Below are positions 1 through 14,319 of a stretch of DNA of 64,000 nucleotides, in pieces (the stretch's first letter is position 1; every line of letters starts with the position of its first letter). The position numbers were made by a program, and so were the translations under genes. This DNA comes from the human T2T-CHM13v2.0 reference genome, Homo sapiens: the NCBI RefSeq assembly GCF_009914755.1, contig NC_060938.1; one strand, written 5' to 3'. The notes below the pieces were generated by a model that was not told where the DNA came from, ran no database searches, and worked only from the letters and a program-made list of their open reading frames with translations.

Positions 1-444
1 ATATTAGTTATTCCTTGCATTTAGGGTATGGACCCTGGTTCAAGGAAATGAACAAGTCAGGGGGCAAGGCATTGATGAACAGGGCAGTTGATAGCTCTTT
101 TGCTCAGGCCCCAGAACTACTACCACCAGACTTCTATCACAGTCCCTGTGAATGCTCTGTTGACCACGCTGGTGTCTGATGATCAGTCTGGAAGCTCTCC
201 CTCCCTCCTGGCCCCAGGATGAAGACAGATGGGGAAAGGGCACACGTTGCATGGAACAGAATCTGCAGAAAATGCAAAACCAAAGAAAAGAAAGACATTT
301 CCTTTAGCCATATCTGGCTAAAGTTGTTCAATTCCAGCAAGGAGAATTTGGAAATTAATGTGAGTCCACCCTAGTACAGATTATTTATCTTTTATTGTAT
401 ATAATTATGATTGATAACTGTAATGATAGGAATATAGTAATAAC

Positions 445-690
445 AGTGGTGACCATGAATTGAATAATTGCAATGTTTCAGCTGCTGTGCTAAGTACTTT
501 CAGGATATCATCTCATTAAACCTTCCACTAAATGAAGTAGATTCCATTTTTATCCCATTGTACAGATGAGAAAACTGAGACCCAGAGAGATTCATTGACT
601 TGCCCAAGATCATACAGCTACTAAGTGGCTTAATCAAGGCGTCACCCAGGTAATGTGACACTAGAACCTCTATGCTCTTAACCTCATTCC
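445..690 (-). mobile_element. MIR SINE
   Basis: MIR core in reverse orientation (tacagatgagaaaactgag...acttgcccaagatcatacagctactaagtgg); ends approximate. Confidence 0.75.
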
Positions 691-2415
691 CTAGAGTGAA
701 TGTGGTCATTCTTATCTGGTTCTTTGTGCTGGCTTCATAAAGTTAAAGAACCCTCTTCAGTTCTTGAATAAGGTAGCCCTCAACGGACAACTGCAGTCAA
801 GATTTGGGTGTCCAGACTGGACTGAGGAGGTGCACAGCTTGCCTATTAAATGCTGCCTTAGCTAAGCTTGTCCCAGCCAGGTGAGCCATCTTTTCAGGTT
901 CCCACTCACAGTAACATTTGCTGCTTCTTAGGATGTCAGCATTGTAATCACACCACCTTTAAGTAGACAGCCTTTGGTTCCAAATTCTTGTTCTGTTCCT
1001 CAAGCTGTGTAGCCATCAGCGAGTGGCCTAAACTTTTACAGCCCCAATCTTTGTACCTGTCCAGCAAGGATTCTAACACCTTCTCATAGATCATTGTGAG
1101 GACTATAGGATAAATGTGGGTCAAGCATCTTACACTGCCTGGCACGTAGACAGTACTCAATGAATGTTCATCTCCCAGCGCAAGAGCTGTATCTTCTTGG
1201 TCCTGTACATTTCACCCACCATCACCTAAGACTTGGAGACATCATTTTTTTCAATGTGCATGAATAGAATCCTTCAATCAGATATTGTTGAGTGCAAATA
1301 TGGTGGTGCAAATACGATGCTAAGCACAGTGAATTAGGCCTCTGGTTCCCAAGTGTCCCTGGCTCCTGAGGTGGGGTCAGCATGGCAGGTCCCTGGTTTG
1401 TTACAGTTTTGTCCACCCTTGGTGTGGGCTCACAGGGAAGGCTGGAAGCTTTGAAGAAACTGACACTTGGATGGAGTCTGCTGTGTGCACTTTAGGGACT
1501 GGAGTATGAGTTCTCCAAGCTCATTGCAGAGAGGCATGCACGGGCTTGATTGTGTGGGCTGGTATCTCACATCCCAGGGCATAACTATTGAGAAAGACCT
1601 TCCTAGTATGCAGGAAAAAGAATTATAGACTTCTGCCACTTGGAGGTGGCAAGGATGGTGTTTTCTTCAGCAGTAGGAAGGAAGCATCAGGATAAAGAAG
1701 TTTCTGTAGTTCCTGAATACCATTTTACTTTCTCTCCTACTTATTATTTCATAAGGCCTAATGGGATGTGGCAGACTCTTGACTCCTCCATGAAGTGGAG
1801 ACAGGCCAGCACCTGCGATGAGGGCTGCCTGGGTGACTTGTGGTTGTGTCAAAAGTGTTTGCTCAAGAATAAGCTGTTTGCTTTTCATCCTGACGTCTGC
1901 TAAGCCCAGGTGCTGGAGCTATTTTTGGTAGCTGACTTCAGGAATTACTTTTCGCTATCCCCAGGCAGATCTCATAAGCCCATAATTGCTGTGAACCTCT
2001 GTGTGTGTGTGTGTGCGCATGCACTCAGGTGCATGTGTGCTTCATAAGCTTGCTCACTGATAATAAGCCAGATTTAGAGTCTTAAAAAGCTCCCTATCTG
2101 ATTTTTCCACACTTTCTTATGACCACTAGTTCCTCTTTAACCACCAGGGATAAAGTCTTTGAGGAAGAGAATTGTTCTGAGCAACGCCTGGTCTAATGTG
2201 CTCTTCTGATTGCACTTAGCTCCCAGGGTTCCTAGGCTGGACAGGCAGACTTTATAGCATCTGAAGGAGCATCTGGAAAGGACACCCTGCAATTTTGCAC
2301 TTCTTGTCAGGCCAAGGTTCTTCTGCTTTAGAAATGAACCCTAAGACAGGTCATAAGCCAGGCCAAGGAGGGAAAAATAACTGGAAAATAAGGAAAATTG
2401 AGAAAGAGAAGTAGA

Positions 2416-2580
2416 TTTTTTTTTTTTTTTTCTGAGACAGGGTCTTGCTCTGTCACCCAGGCTGTAGTGCAGTGGTGTGATCATGGTTCACTGCAGACTT
2501 GAACTCCTGGCCTTAAGCGATCCTCCTGCCTCAGCCTCCCAAAGCACTGGGATTACAGGCACAAGCTCCTGCATCTGGTT
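2416..2580 (-). mobile_element. Free Alu monomer (FRAM-like)
   Basis: Single Alu arm with poly-T on + strand; TSD AAGTAGATTT at 2409-2418 and 2583-2592. Confidence 0.9.
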
Positions 2581-2711
2581 GAAAGTAGATTTAAGTAAAG
2601 TACATGTTTTTCAGTTAGATACAAGGAAGAATTGTCTCCCAGCAGGCTCAGAAATCATAAATGTGATCCTGAGGAAGTGAAAGACCACTCCTAAAAGATG
2701 CCATTAACAAG

Positions 2712-2745
2712 CAGCAGCAGCAGCAGCAGCAACAACAACCACCAC
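2712..2745. repeat. Compound trinucleotide repeat (CAG)6(CAA)3C(CAC)2
   Basis: Read directly. Confidence 0.95.
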
Positions 2746-2764
2746 CATGACATTTTAAAAGGTC

Positions 2765-2965
2765 TTACCTCACACCAGGCACAGTGCTCAAGCCAGTACT
2801 GAATGATTCATATAGTGGTTATTGTATCTCTATGATATATACAGTCTCAACCCCTTTTACACATATGGAAATGGAGGCTCATGGTTTAAGCCACTGGCTC
2901 GAAATCACAAAGGGGTGCATGGTGGCACCAGGCTACAAATGTAGGTCTGACTCCAAATCCCTAGG
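2765..2965 (-). mobile_element. MIR SINE (degraded)
   Basis: ccccttttacacatatggaaatggaggctc...gtctgactccaaa resembles reverse MIR. Confidence 0.6.
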
Positions 2966-3135
2966 TAGTTTTCTGTCTCGGATTTTGATTAATAGGCTCC
3001 AAAGCAATGTCAGTGTGAGATGATTTGGAAGTGGAATCCATATTGTCTATTTTACAAAGTAGTTATCCAGATACATGAAATTACCTGTGTGAAAGCACTT
3101 TGAGGAGCATGCAGTACTGTTCAAGTATAAAAAGG

Positions 3136-3175
3136 CATCATCATCATCATCATCGTCATTGTCATCACCATCATC
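3136..3175. repeat. Imperfect (CAT)n microsatellite
   Basis: Read directly; source of the poly-Asp in the spurious ORF 3047-3271. Confidence 0.9.
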
Positions 3176-4234
3176 GCGGTCACTTAATTTCTCCAGCTCT
3201 GCCAATAGATTCTTATGGCATTTCACATATCCAATCACTAGGGGGAGGCAATAGACAATGCATATAAGCAAACTTAGTTTTGGAAGGAAAGTTTATTTTT
3301 CCTGTAAGTGATGCTCAGAGATTTAAAATAAATAAGCAAAGGTTTGTATTAGGGACTGGCAGCCATTCCCGTCAAGGTTTGATCTTGTGCTTTTGTTGAA
3401 GTGTTTCCCTGAGGGCATCTTCGTCTATCACAAATACTTATGAATAGTGGGTATTGCCCAACAAAGGCCTGACATCGACTTTTGTTTCATTGTTCCTGCT
3501 TCTTGCCTTCTTTCCCCACTGTGATTCTGCCTGTGATCATTTCTGCTTTCGTTGAGGTGCAGTTTTTCCTTTATTCTCCCCATTCCATTTGACTATGGAC
3601 CGTGTTTGTTGGTCATCTGAGGCAGAGCCAGTAGGGCATGTTCCTGATCTCTCCTGTCCCTTAACGGTGCTGCCCTGGGGTACCTTTGGCTTCCATGGAA
3701 TCTCTTCCTCAGTCTTGGGGTTCCTGAGGTGACCTTCTTGGCTCTCGTATGCAGACCATTCTGACTCTTCCTACATCATTCTCATCCACACTTTTCTTAC
3801 TGTGGCGATGTTGACTTCTCTTTCCATCCTTCTGGAATTCCACATCTGCCTTCATTTCCTTTCTGCTAGGTGGAGAGGATGTTGGACTAGGAGTTCAGGT
3901 CCTGTGAGTACTACTTACTAGCTAGTTGGCCTTGAGACACAGGAGGACCCCACTGAGCCTTTGTTTCAGGGATCATTATAACTTCCATGTCTACTTCCCA
4001 GGCAAAGGACTATTTATTTTGTAGCCTAAATTAATCGGCCTAGGCTGTTCATGTAGAGTTATCTAAATAGTTCATCTTCTTTTCCATTTCATGTATTTCT
4101 GTGGGTCAGTCCCAAGGTTCTCATAAAGAAGCCCTCTCTGGTAGTGTCTGCACTGTTCCACCAGGTGCAAGTGATCTGCCAGCCAAAGTAGATTCTGCTG
4201 TGGCTTCCCTGGAAACCAAAGCTGTATGGGGTTG

Positions 4235-4623
4235 TGTCTTAGCTCATTAGGGCTGCTATAACTAATTACCATAGACTAGATGGTTTATAAACAACAGAAG
4301 TGTATTTCTCGCAGCTCGGAGGTCTAGAAGTCTGAGGTCAGGGTGCAGCATGGCCAGGTTCTGGCAAGGCCAGGCCCTCTCCTGGGTTGCAGGCTGCTCA
4401 CTTCTCTTTGGGTCTTCACATGGGAGGAAGAGAGCAAGAGCGAGAGCGAGGACGAGAGGGACAACTCTCTGGATCCCTTTTATAAGGGCATTAATCCCAT
4501 TCGTGATGGCTCCACCCACATGACCTATTTACCACCCAAAGGCCCCACCTCCTAATACCATCACATTGGGGATTAGGATTTCAGTGTATGAATTTTAGGG
4601 ACACAAACATTCATTCCATAACA
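4235..4623 (-). mobile_element. MaLR solo LTR, MLT1A-like
   Basis: tgtcttag...gggctgctataac...ggccccacctcctaataccatcacattgggg...cattcattccataaca. Confidence 0.85.
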
Positions 4624-5369
4624 AGCTGTGTTGCCAAGGGGAAGTGCAGCTGTCTCCCCGGTGTGTTGCCTTCTGCTAGAAGGGTTCCAAAGCAGTGTTG
4701 CTTGAACCTCCATGAGCTAGAGTTCCCATTCCTCTCAGTTACCTCTCTCTCACCTACAGGGCTGGCTGGAGGTGGATTCCTGTAGTATCCCCCATACTTT
4801 CATTTTTAATAACTTCTATTCTCCTTTAACAACCAAGGACCAATCCATTGTGCCCAACTGTCTCTTTCCTTAGGATGAGTCCTACCTTCCTTCACCCTTC
4901 TGAAAATAGACTATTTGCCAGGCATGCCTTAATACTTTAAAGTCCATCAGGTGAAAAATCTTGAGTTCTTCCCAGGAGACTTTCCATGTATGTTTCCTGT
5001 TGTCAGGCTTGTCCCTGTGGCTCCTGAATATATCTAAGTCCCAGCGGTGGACAACAGAGAGCTCTGGCTGAAGACAAGAGTTCTGTTTTAGTTAAAAAGA
5101 GTTTCATTGTCATCAGAACTATCTTTCTCTTGTCTTGTCCTTTGTGGCTCTTCTTCCTTCTTCAGCATTTCAACCTTGATTTCTTTCTTTCATTTTAAAT
5201 ACCACCATAAGGTGTTTAAAACTGAAGGTGTGTCAAAATGACACAGGATTTGCTTCAAGGGGCTCCCCTGGACAAATTTCGGACAACCTGAGAATCAAAA
5301 TTAGTAATAACAGTTATGAGTAATAACTCATTGCATTAAAAAAGAACCTATCCATCTATATTTATACTA

Positions 5370-6110
5370 AATAAAAGGGGAGGAGAGAAGGGAAAGCCTT
5401 TCTTTGTAGAAGAATGCCAATTAATAAATACAAATGATAGAATTACAAAAGCACTATTTTCAACCACTATGGTGGTTGAAATAATTATTATTGTAATATT
5501 ATTACAATTATTTTTATTAATTTTTATATTATTTTAATTATTACATAGTAATAATTCAGGCAAGAATTATTAATGGTTTCTAAAACCATTGGCTGAAATG
5601 TTGTTGGGGAAGAGGATGTTCACAGTCTCAAAGTATCGTCCCATAGATTACTTACTAATTACAAAGGGAAAAGGGAACTTTTATGGTGGAGAAATTTGGC
5701 AGATACTGCTATAACTAAGTGATCAAACTTAACATCAATAATAGACAAATCATCATTATGGCCTCTGATGTGACATATGAGGACACAACACCACCTGCAC
5801 AGAATTCCTGCCAAAAATATTGAATTTGAATCTAATCAAGAATAAACAACCAAATAAACCCAAATTGAAGGACATTCTGCAAAGCAACTGGCCTGGATTC
5901 TTCAAACAGTCAGTGTCATAAAAGACAAAAAGTCTGGGAACTATCCCAGATTAAAAGAAACTAACAAGACATTCAACTAACTGCAATCGATGTGTAATCG
6001 ATGATTGGATTTTGGATACTGGAGGAAAATTGGACTCTAAAGAATATTATTAGCACAAGTAAGGAAATTTAAATGTAGACTACAATAGTATACAGTTAAA
6101 AATGGTAATT
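5370..6110 (+). mobile_element. Old L1 3' region (L1MC/L1ME-like)
   Basis: gacattctgcaaagcaactggcctggattcttcaaa...ccagattaaaagaaactaacaagac typical of old L1M 3' ends. Confidence 0.65.
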
Positions 6111-7774
6111 TGGTTAATATAGAAAAAGTTAAAATTAAATTTAATATTCAGTATTTATGCATGTGTGTCTCAAACAAATAATTTCTGTGTTGTTTTAAAA
6201 AATCTCTATCTTATGGGCTGCCATATCTTATGGGCTGATCCTTACTCACTCCTTCTCTATTCTTCCCTCTCAATTTTCTTTCCTTTACTTTTCTGTTAGA
6301 GGGAACTAACACAGAAATAAGGGAACATAACCAAGAAATGGCCGTTTGAAGGGTACCATTATTAACTGGTGTTTCCCTTTGGGACAATTGTGGTATAGAC
6401 AAAGCCTTTCATGGCCAGAGCCACTTCTATTTTTGTTGGACAAGTGCTTGCATGACACTAGCTTGAGTTATTTTTACTTCCTTTGGGCTCTGATGGTTGA
6501 CTTATTTGAAAAGCACAGAATTTCCTTTCTTTGCTCTTTCTGGCTCTGTATCCAGGGCAGGAGCCTGAAATCAGGGAGGCTCCATAAAAGGGTCATGTGG
6601 ATTCTGTAGCTCCTTGGATTAGACCATGGTCGGTGAAGCTGGCAGTTCCTTGCCAAGAAGAGAAAAGCTATTGTTTAAAAAAAAATTATTACTATTATTT
6701 ATTATTATCTGAGTTCCAGCAGTCAAAATGCCTGAAGGAGGATAAGGTTGATTTCATAAACAATAGAATTAAAAAGAATGAATAATTATGTAAGGACAGC
6801 CTTCTTGCCAAATACAAATCTTTTTCCTGGCTTTGGAGGCGTTTCCTTGGTTTTGCTTTTTGAGTTAGTGGAGGAGATAAATTGAATTTGATGTCAGGAG
6901 TGTTTTAGAGAAAGGATCACACTGTCAGAGCCAAGCCCCTGGTTGGGGGGATGATGATAGAGACCCAGAGAGGTCTGGGTGATTCTTGAGCATAGTAACT
7001 TGCACTTCCCTGCCCATGGTGCAGCCCAAGGAGACCACATACTTCTTAGAGCTCTTCACAGGCAGCCTGGCCCCACAGCGGTGGAGAAGTCACATATGAC
7101 TGGACAACAGCCAGAGGGCTCTGACGTTAGCCTCATGGAATCCTGATACCCCATCTTAATGCAAAGAGAATATCCAAAGGTCCTTATGCCTCCTGAAAGG
7201 GCAGGGTGGAGCTGAGAGAGGACTACAGTGGTAATGGGGAAGACACAGTGTGCTTGGACGTTTATTTAAACTTGGCAAGATGAAATTCACTACCATCAGC
7301 AAAATGGGGGCTCACATTCAGAAATTAAAATTAATTTCTGATTTATATAAAGCTAAATACTTTTATTTAAATATTTTTATGTAACTAAATTTGCTATTAT
7401 TTAAAATTAAATAATAACAATAAAATTTCTGATTTATATAAAATTAATATTCTACTTTGACAGTTGGAGGTTGTGAAATTTGAATGGCTATGCTTATTTT
7501 GTTGGGTTTAGCTGGAGCCTAAATGAATGAGAAGGCACTATTCTGGTGTTACCCATAGCAGACAGTATCTGAGTTTTCTTGGCTTGTTTTGGTTTGGATT
7601 ACATGATTTCTCAGGACTATAAGACTGGCTATTTCAGCCCATTTCTCCTGGTTCACCTGGGATTCCTGAGACATAAAGAGGGCTACTGGTGGCTTGTGAT
7701 GGCTCCTCCCCCTTTTCAGGCCTCATTACTCATCCTCAGTCTGCACCCAGTGGCCTGAGCTGTGAGAAGATGGG

Positions 7775-8103
7775 TGCTATGGTTTGAATGTGTCCCCCGA
7801 AGTTCATGTGTTGGAAACTTAATCCCCAATACAACAGTGTTGACAGGTGGGACCTTTAATGGATGAATGTTGTTATTGTGGGAGTAGGTTTGCTATAAAA
7901 GCAGGTTTGGCCCTCTCTTTTGTCTCTCTTGCCGTATGATATCTTCCACCATGTTATGACCCAGCAAGAAGGCCTCACTAGATGCCATCCCCTCGATCTT
8001 GGACTTTCCAGCCCCTAGAACCATGAGCCAAATAAATTTCTGTTCATTATAATTTGCCCAGTTGGTAGCATTCTGTTATAGTAGCAGAAGATGAACCAAG
8101 ACA
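7775..8103 (+). mobile_element. MaLR solo LTR, MSTD-like
   Basis: TG...CA termini (tgctatggtttgaatg...aagaca), AATAAA, exact 5-bp TSD ATGGG at 7770-7774 and 8104-8108. Confidence 0.9.
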
Positions 8104-9259
8104 ATGGGGATGGCCGTAAAGGCCCTGGGGGCAAAGGAACATGAGGGTGCCCACAGGAGAAGCTTATCCTCAGCACCTAAGAAGTAGGAGGCTCTCTTCT
8201 ACCCTAGATGGCAGGGGTACCTGCTGCACATTTTCTTTCAGCCAGGCAAAGCCTACCTTACTTTCCTGGCAGGCAAGGATGCAGAGCTGCGGTGAGTATG
8301 GAGCATGGTAAGAGGCATCATCCACAGATGCGAGCTCCCCTCCTCTTCCCTATCCCCTGTCACTGGCAGTTACATAATCTCTCTTTACAGTGTGCCAGGC
8401 CGCACTGGGAGGCTGCCAGCTGTGGGTGCCCTTTGGTAGTTGTAAGGGAATCACACAGGCGAGTATGACCTTTGGAAATACAAGGAGGTTACTCGGGAGT
8501 CTGTAGCTTTAGGATCCTTGGGGAGACTGCAATTCAATCTGTATCCTGTGGCTTTGAGTTTTAAATCTCAACTAATAAACTCTCCATTACATGAAAGACT
8601 CACTGCTGCAGGAAACAGAATGCACCGTTTTGGGGAGGAGAGCGTAGGGCAGGGTGCCTCCTTCATCTCCAGAACAGTGTTGTCTGTTACTAAATGGCTT
8701 AGGACAGCAATGAGGTGAGGAGCTGGCCTTTGGCAGTTTTGGTGGTCTGATGAGTGGTTTATCTATTGTCAAAGACTCTTATTCCCTCTCCTCCTCAGTC
8801 CTCCGCTGCTCTCAGTGCTCCAGGCAGTGACAGCTGGATTCTGCCTGGCTGTGCTTGCCTTTTAATGGAGGTGTAGCCCTCTTTAGACACACACAAAGCA
8901 AGGGTCAGCTCCCAGCCCTCCAGGAATCTGGCTCTGTGGTGAGGGGCCTGCTCACCAGGCACCTACCCTACAAGGAGTGTTGGGTTCAGGGCACAGATTA
9001 GCAGCCAGTTCCTTTATCCAGAAAAATGGGAATGACATGGGGCTGGAGGAAAGCATGAAGGGAAACAAGATAAAAGGACACACACACGATAATGAAAATA
9101 AAACGGTACAGGAAATCAGGAGAATAAATGAATTTGTGAATGATGAGGGCTAATGCAATTGCACTTTACCTCCCAACTTTTTGGCAGCTACGACAAAAAA
9201 TGAAGTATAATAATGGGAAAGAGAATTTCTATTAGTAATGATAGCTAAGATTTTCTGCC

Positions 9260-9455
9260 TTCTAGGTACCAGGCACTGTTTCGGCACTTTACTGGGATTG
9301 TCTCATTTTATTCTCACAAGAGCTCTGTGAGGAGGTACTAGTTTAATGCCTATTTTACATATGAAGAAACAGAGAGGAAGGTTACGTAACTGGTAAGTGG
9401 TGGACCGAGTTACGACATTACTCTGTCTGACTCCAAAGCCCAACCTCAAACTCTC
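9260..9455 (-). mobile_element. MIR SINE
   Basis: ccaggcactgtt...ctcattttattctcacaa...tattttacatatgaagaaac...tctgactccaaagccc. Confidence 0.65.
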
Positions 9456-9782
9456 AACCTATGCTATATATACTGCCTCAGCATATGGAAAAGGGGATGC
9501 ATAGCTCTTTCTGTCTTCATCATCAAACCAAAATCTAGATTGGGGTCCCCCACTGGCCCAATGAGCCAACCTGATTTTACCCAGTCACTACTGTGTCTGT
9601 AGACAGAGAACAGAAAGCTTGTCTCAGGGAGCAGGTGCAACGAGGCAATGGGAGTCGTTGCCATTCCAGAAGGTCACTTAGAGGCAGAGGGGCAGGGAGA
9701 CCTTGCTTCATTTCAGGCTTCCTGAACTTTAGATTTTTGCCTATTCCAGTGATGAATTCAGAAGTGAGGACAGCTATGTTGA

Positions 9783-10241
<459 letters not shown>

Positions 10242-10449
10242 TGATGTGGGGCTGAGGCCCAGAGTCTTTCTGCCTCCTCCCTGCGGCACTGCTGGATGTG
10301 AATGAGCATCATGCCACAAGATGTGCCATCTGGATCCCCTGGGGGCAATAGGTCTTTTAATTTAACTCCGAAATTCAAAGTGTGACTGTGGGTCACATTC
10401 TACCAATGAGAATGAAGTTAGGTAAACAAATTCCCTGTCCATTCTTCTC

Positions 10450-10696
10450 TTTGATGGACATTTTTTCTCTATATAGCTTGGCCAGAGATGTCTTGTGTGG
10501 TCAAGAAGGTACACAAGTTGGGGATTGAATGCATCTCTTGAAACTTGTTGAGGAGCAGTGGACAGCATTTACTCTCCATCCTTCCCTGACTTGCTTTCCT
10601 TTTTCCTCAGGTGCAATGCCCTGGCACTGTACTTCCTAAAGCATTAGCCCTTAATCCTTGTCTCAGGACATGTTTTCAAGGAATTCAGGCTGAGAG
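10450..10696 (+). mobile_element. Old ERVL LTR 3' part (LTR33/LTR16-like)
   Basis: ccttaatccttgtctcaggacatgttttcaaggaattcaggctgaga resembles the LTR33/LTR16 terminus. Confidence 0.45.
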
Positions 10697-10781
10697 TGCT
10701 CTAACATGGGTTTTAGAGTAAAAAGTGAAATTTCTTCTGAACTTTTCCTCTAGATTACTGTCCTGTCCCATTCAGTTTTAA

Positions 10782-11233
<452 letters not shown>

Positions 11234-11244
11234 ACAGTATATGT

Positions 11245-11403
11245 ATTTTAAGCACCAGTTTGTTGTTTACCAGACGAACATGAGAACAGCACAGACCCAC
11301 TTCCCTCCAGACGTCCAAATGGCTGTGTATGTTTCAGGGACAACCAAGATGAGACAGACTGACGCATTTGGAGTCAAAGACTGCTCAATGGGTTCTTTTG
11401 GGA
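11245..11403 (+). repeat. Dispersed local duplication, pair 1 copy A
   Basis: About 80% identical (hand alignment) to 12950-13113, same orientation. Confidence 0.9.
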
Positions 11404-12949
11404 CAGAGGTATATCTAGTCTCTCCATGGTAAGTTTGATTGGGATGAACAGTTCATTTCTTTGCTGCTTACCTGGTCCTGCCTTGACGGCCCCATCTCTT
11501 CTCTTTTGTCTGTGCCCTCTGCCTTCACACACGATTGTAGTGAGATGATCCAAATTCCTCTGGCTGAGCCTTGTGTCTCTCCTTCCTAAAAAGCTAAGTG
11601 GTGGTTCAGCCACGGAGGACTGAAAATCTGTTGTGAATTGGTGATATTAGAAAGTTGCGGCCACAACTTTCCATTTTAATCACTTAGAATGAGTTCCCTT
11701 GCTCTGATGTCACTGCCAAATTCCTGTGGGACTCTTCACAGATGAATTCCAGATAGCTGAGCATCTTGTTGTCAAACAGAAAAATAAGAACTGGAACATT
11801 TTTCCCCACTGGGTTAAGAAAATGCTGCAAGTGAGATGTCCTGGTTTCCCACGACAACGCCCCCTCCTTTAGCCAATCACTTTAGCTAGTCACATCTGTT
11901 GGCCCCTGGCTATAGAGAAGTCACTGTGAGGAACCGTGTGGTTGCTGGAGGCTTGTTTTACATACCCGTTTCTATGGGTTCTCACACAACAGTGACACAA
12001 CCTAAGATTTCATGAGCTAATGGATCTCTGAAAAGCCAATTTAAATTTCCAGGGTTTATGAAATGTTCCTAAGTGGTTCTGTAGCTATTACAGTGAAAAT
12101 ACCAGAGCAAAGCCACCCTAGAACAAAGCTGTTGAACCTCCATTCCAAGCCTAATTGTGAGAGGCTGCTTAGGTAATATCAGTATGAAAGAAGCTGCTTT
12201 ATGTGTGGGAGAGAAAGGATCAATCCATGACTTCAGAGTGCCCTAGGCTGGGTCAGATTGGAGGTAGGATGGAAAAAGGTCTTTGAGGATCAGAGAAAGC
12301 AACCCAGCAGAACCCACACCACTCCGTGCACAACCCACACAGCTCTGTCCTTTTCCACTTCAAAATCTTCCGGCAGACAGCACAGAGGCACAGCATGGAA
12401 GCTATGCCCCCCAAACCAAGATTGGAGCTTCCCCTGGAGTCCCTGTTTAGAGGAAAAGTCACTGAAACAGACTTTCCCGGGGGTCTTCAAAGAAGTCCCA
12501 TTTTGGTGTATGGTATTTTGGGACTATGGCCTCAGAAGCAGTGGCTATCCAGGCCCCACTGTGAAAGGAGCACAGCGGTACAAAAGGTTTAGGGGTGATG
12601 AAAGGTGGAAGACTTGGGTAAAGGCAGGCAGGAGGCACCTCCGGGTGTGTGAAGTTGAAGCATTAGTTTTCGCATGGAAGGGCTGCTCTGGTCCAGGAGC
12701 TGGAAGCAGACAGAGTTGTGAGCCCCCGATGCCCAAGCCTGGGATTTCTTCCTCCACTCACCATCAACTCCAATCCCATTCTCCACTGTGGCTTGTGAGA
12801 CTCCCTACCTTGTCTGGTCCCCAGGAGCAGAATAGATTTGGTGGCCTCATGGACAGAAGGATCCTCACACAGTGGCTGCTTCTAGGATCAACATGACCCC
12901 CTTAGATCCTGGAATCTGGATTCTTCTGGGAAGAGCTTCCCGCTTCCCC

Positions 12950-13113
12950 ATTTTAAGCACCAATTTGTTGTTTACTGGATGAACATCAGAATAGCACAGG
13001 CCCCTTTCCTTTCAGATGTCCAAGCGGCCACATATGTAGCAGGGACCATCAGGAAGGAAACAGACTGATGCATTTGGAGTCCAAGACCTTTTACTAAATG
13101 AGTTCTTTTGGGA
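12950..13113 (+). repeat. Dispersed local duplication, pair 1 copy B
   Basis: Shares attttaagcacca-tttgttgtttac ... acagactga-gcatttggagtc ... gttcttttggga with 11245-11403. Confidence 0.9.
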
Positions 13114-13647
13114 TCACAGACGGATAAACAGATATATGTTCTCAGCGTTTTCTTGTTCATATCTTTGGTGCCAGGGTGTCTGAGTGCTCTTTTGTTGAGA
13201 GCTGCATACAAAATTCACTACAGACTACTCAGCCTGGGGTCTAGTTTCTCTCTCTCTCTGTAGATTCAGCAGGACTGTGAGTTGACCATAGCCCTTCCAA
13301 AAGCAGACATGGCCTCTACTCAGCTAATTTTGTCTCCCAACTTTTCTTTTTTCTGTGTGAACCTTTTAATAGCTGGGCCAGACCATTCCTATGGAGACGG
13401 TTAAGTAAATTCCCGCGGAGCAAGGTAACATGATAGCATTTCCTTGGTGGTGTATTTCTACCATTTTTTCTACTTCTTGTTTTGCTCATCTCTCTTCTCC
13501 TTCCCTTAATGGCGTTTTTTTTTGGTTAATAGAGTAAGGGCCCTGTCAGGCTGTTGAGGCACCCAGAGTTGCTGGTTCTTCCTGGAGTGCTGAATTAATA
13601 TTCAGTGTAGAGAAAGAAAAATACCTTACTCTGGAAATTCAGGACAT

Positions 13648-13722
13648 TTCCTTCCTTCCTTCCTTCCTTCCTTCCTTCCTTCCTTCCTTCCCTCCCCTTC
13701 CTTCTCTTTCTTTCTTTCTTTC

Positions 13723-13773
<51 letters not shown>

Positions 13774-13900
13774 CTTTCTTTCTTCCTTCCTTCCTTCCTT
13801 CCTTCCTTCCTTTCTTTCTTTCTTTCCTTCCTTCTTTCTTTCTTTCCTTCCTTCCTTCCTTCCTTCCTTCCTTCCTTCCTTCCTTCCTTCCTTCCTTCCC

Positions 13901-13956
<56 letters not shown>

Positions 13957-13994
13957 TTCTTTCTCTCTTTCTTTCTCTCTTTCTTCTTTCTTTT
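13648..13994. repeat. 347-bp pure polypyrimidine compound microsatellite (TTCC)n/(TTTC)n; expanded Alu tail
   Basis: Includes (TTCC)11 at 13648-13691 and (TTCC)14 at 13844-13899; lies inside the TSD of the adjacent Alu. Confidence 0.97.

Positions 13995-14319
<325 letters not shown>

Noticed and set aside
2712-2745. CAG tract as a polyglutamine exon
   Set aside because: Only six CAG units, not in a listed ORF, and adjacent to a MIR end where such repeats commonly arise.
12258-12896. 212-aa ORF between the pair-1 repeats
   Set aside because: TTG start, no recognisable domain, composition typical of translated non-coding DNA, no evident exon structure.
11245-13113. Direct repeats as the two LTRs of a small provirus
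   Set aside because: No TG...CA termini, TSD, primer-binding site, polypurine tract or retroviral coding remnants seen.
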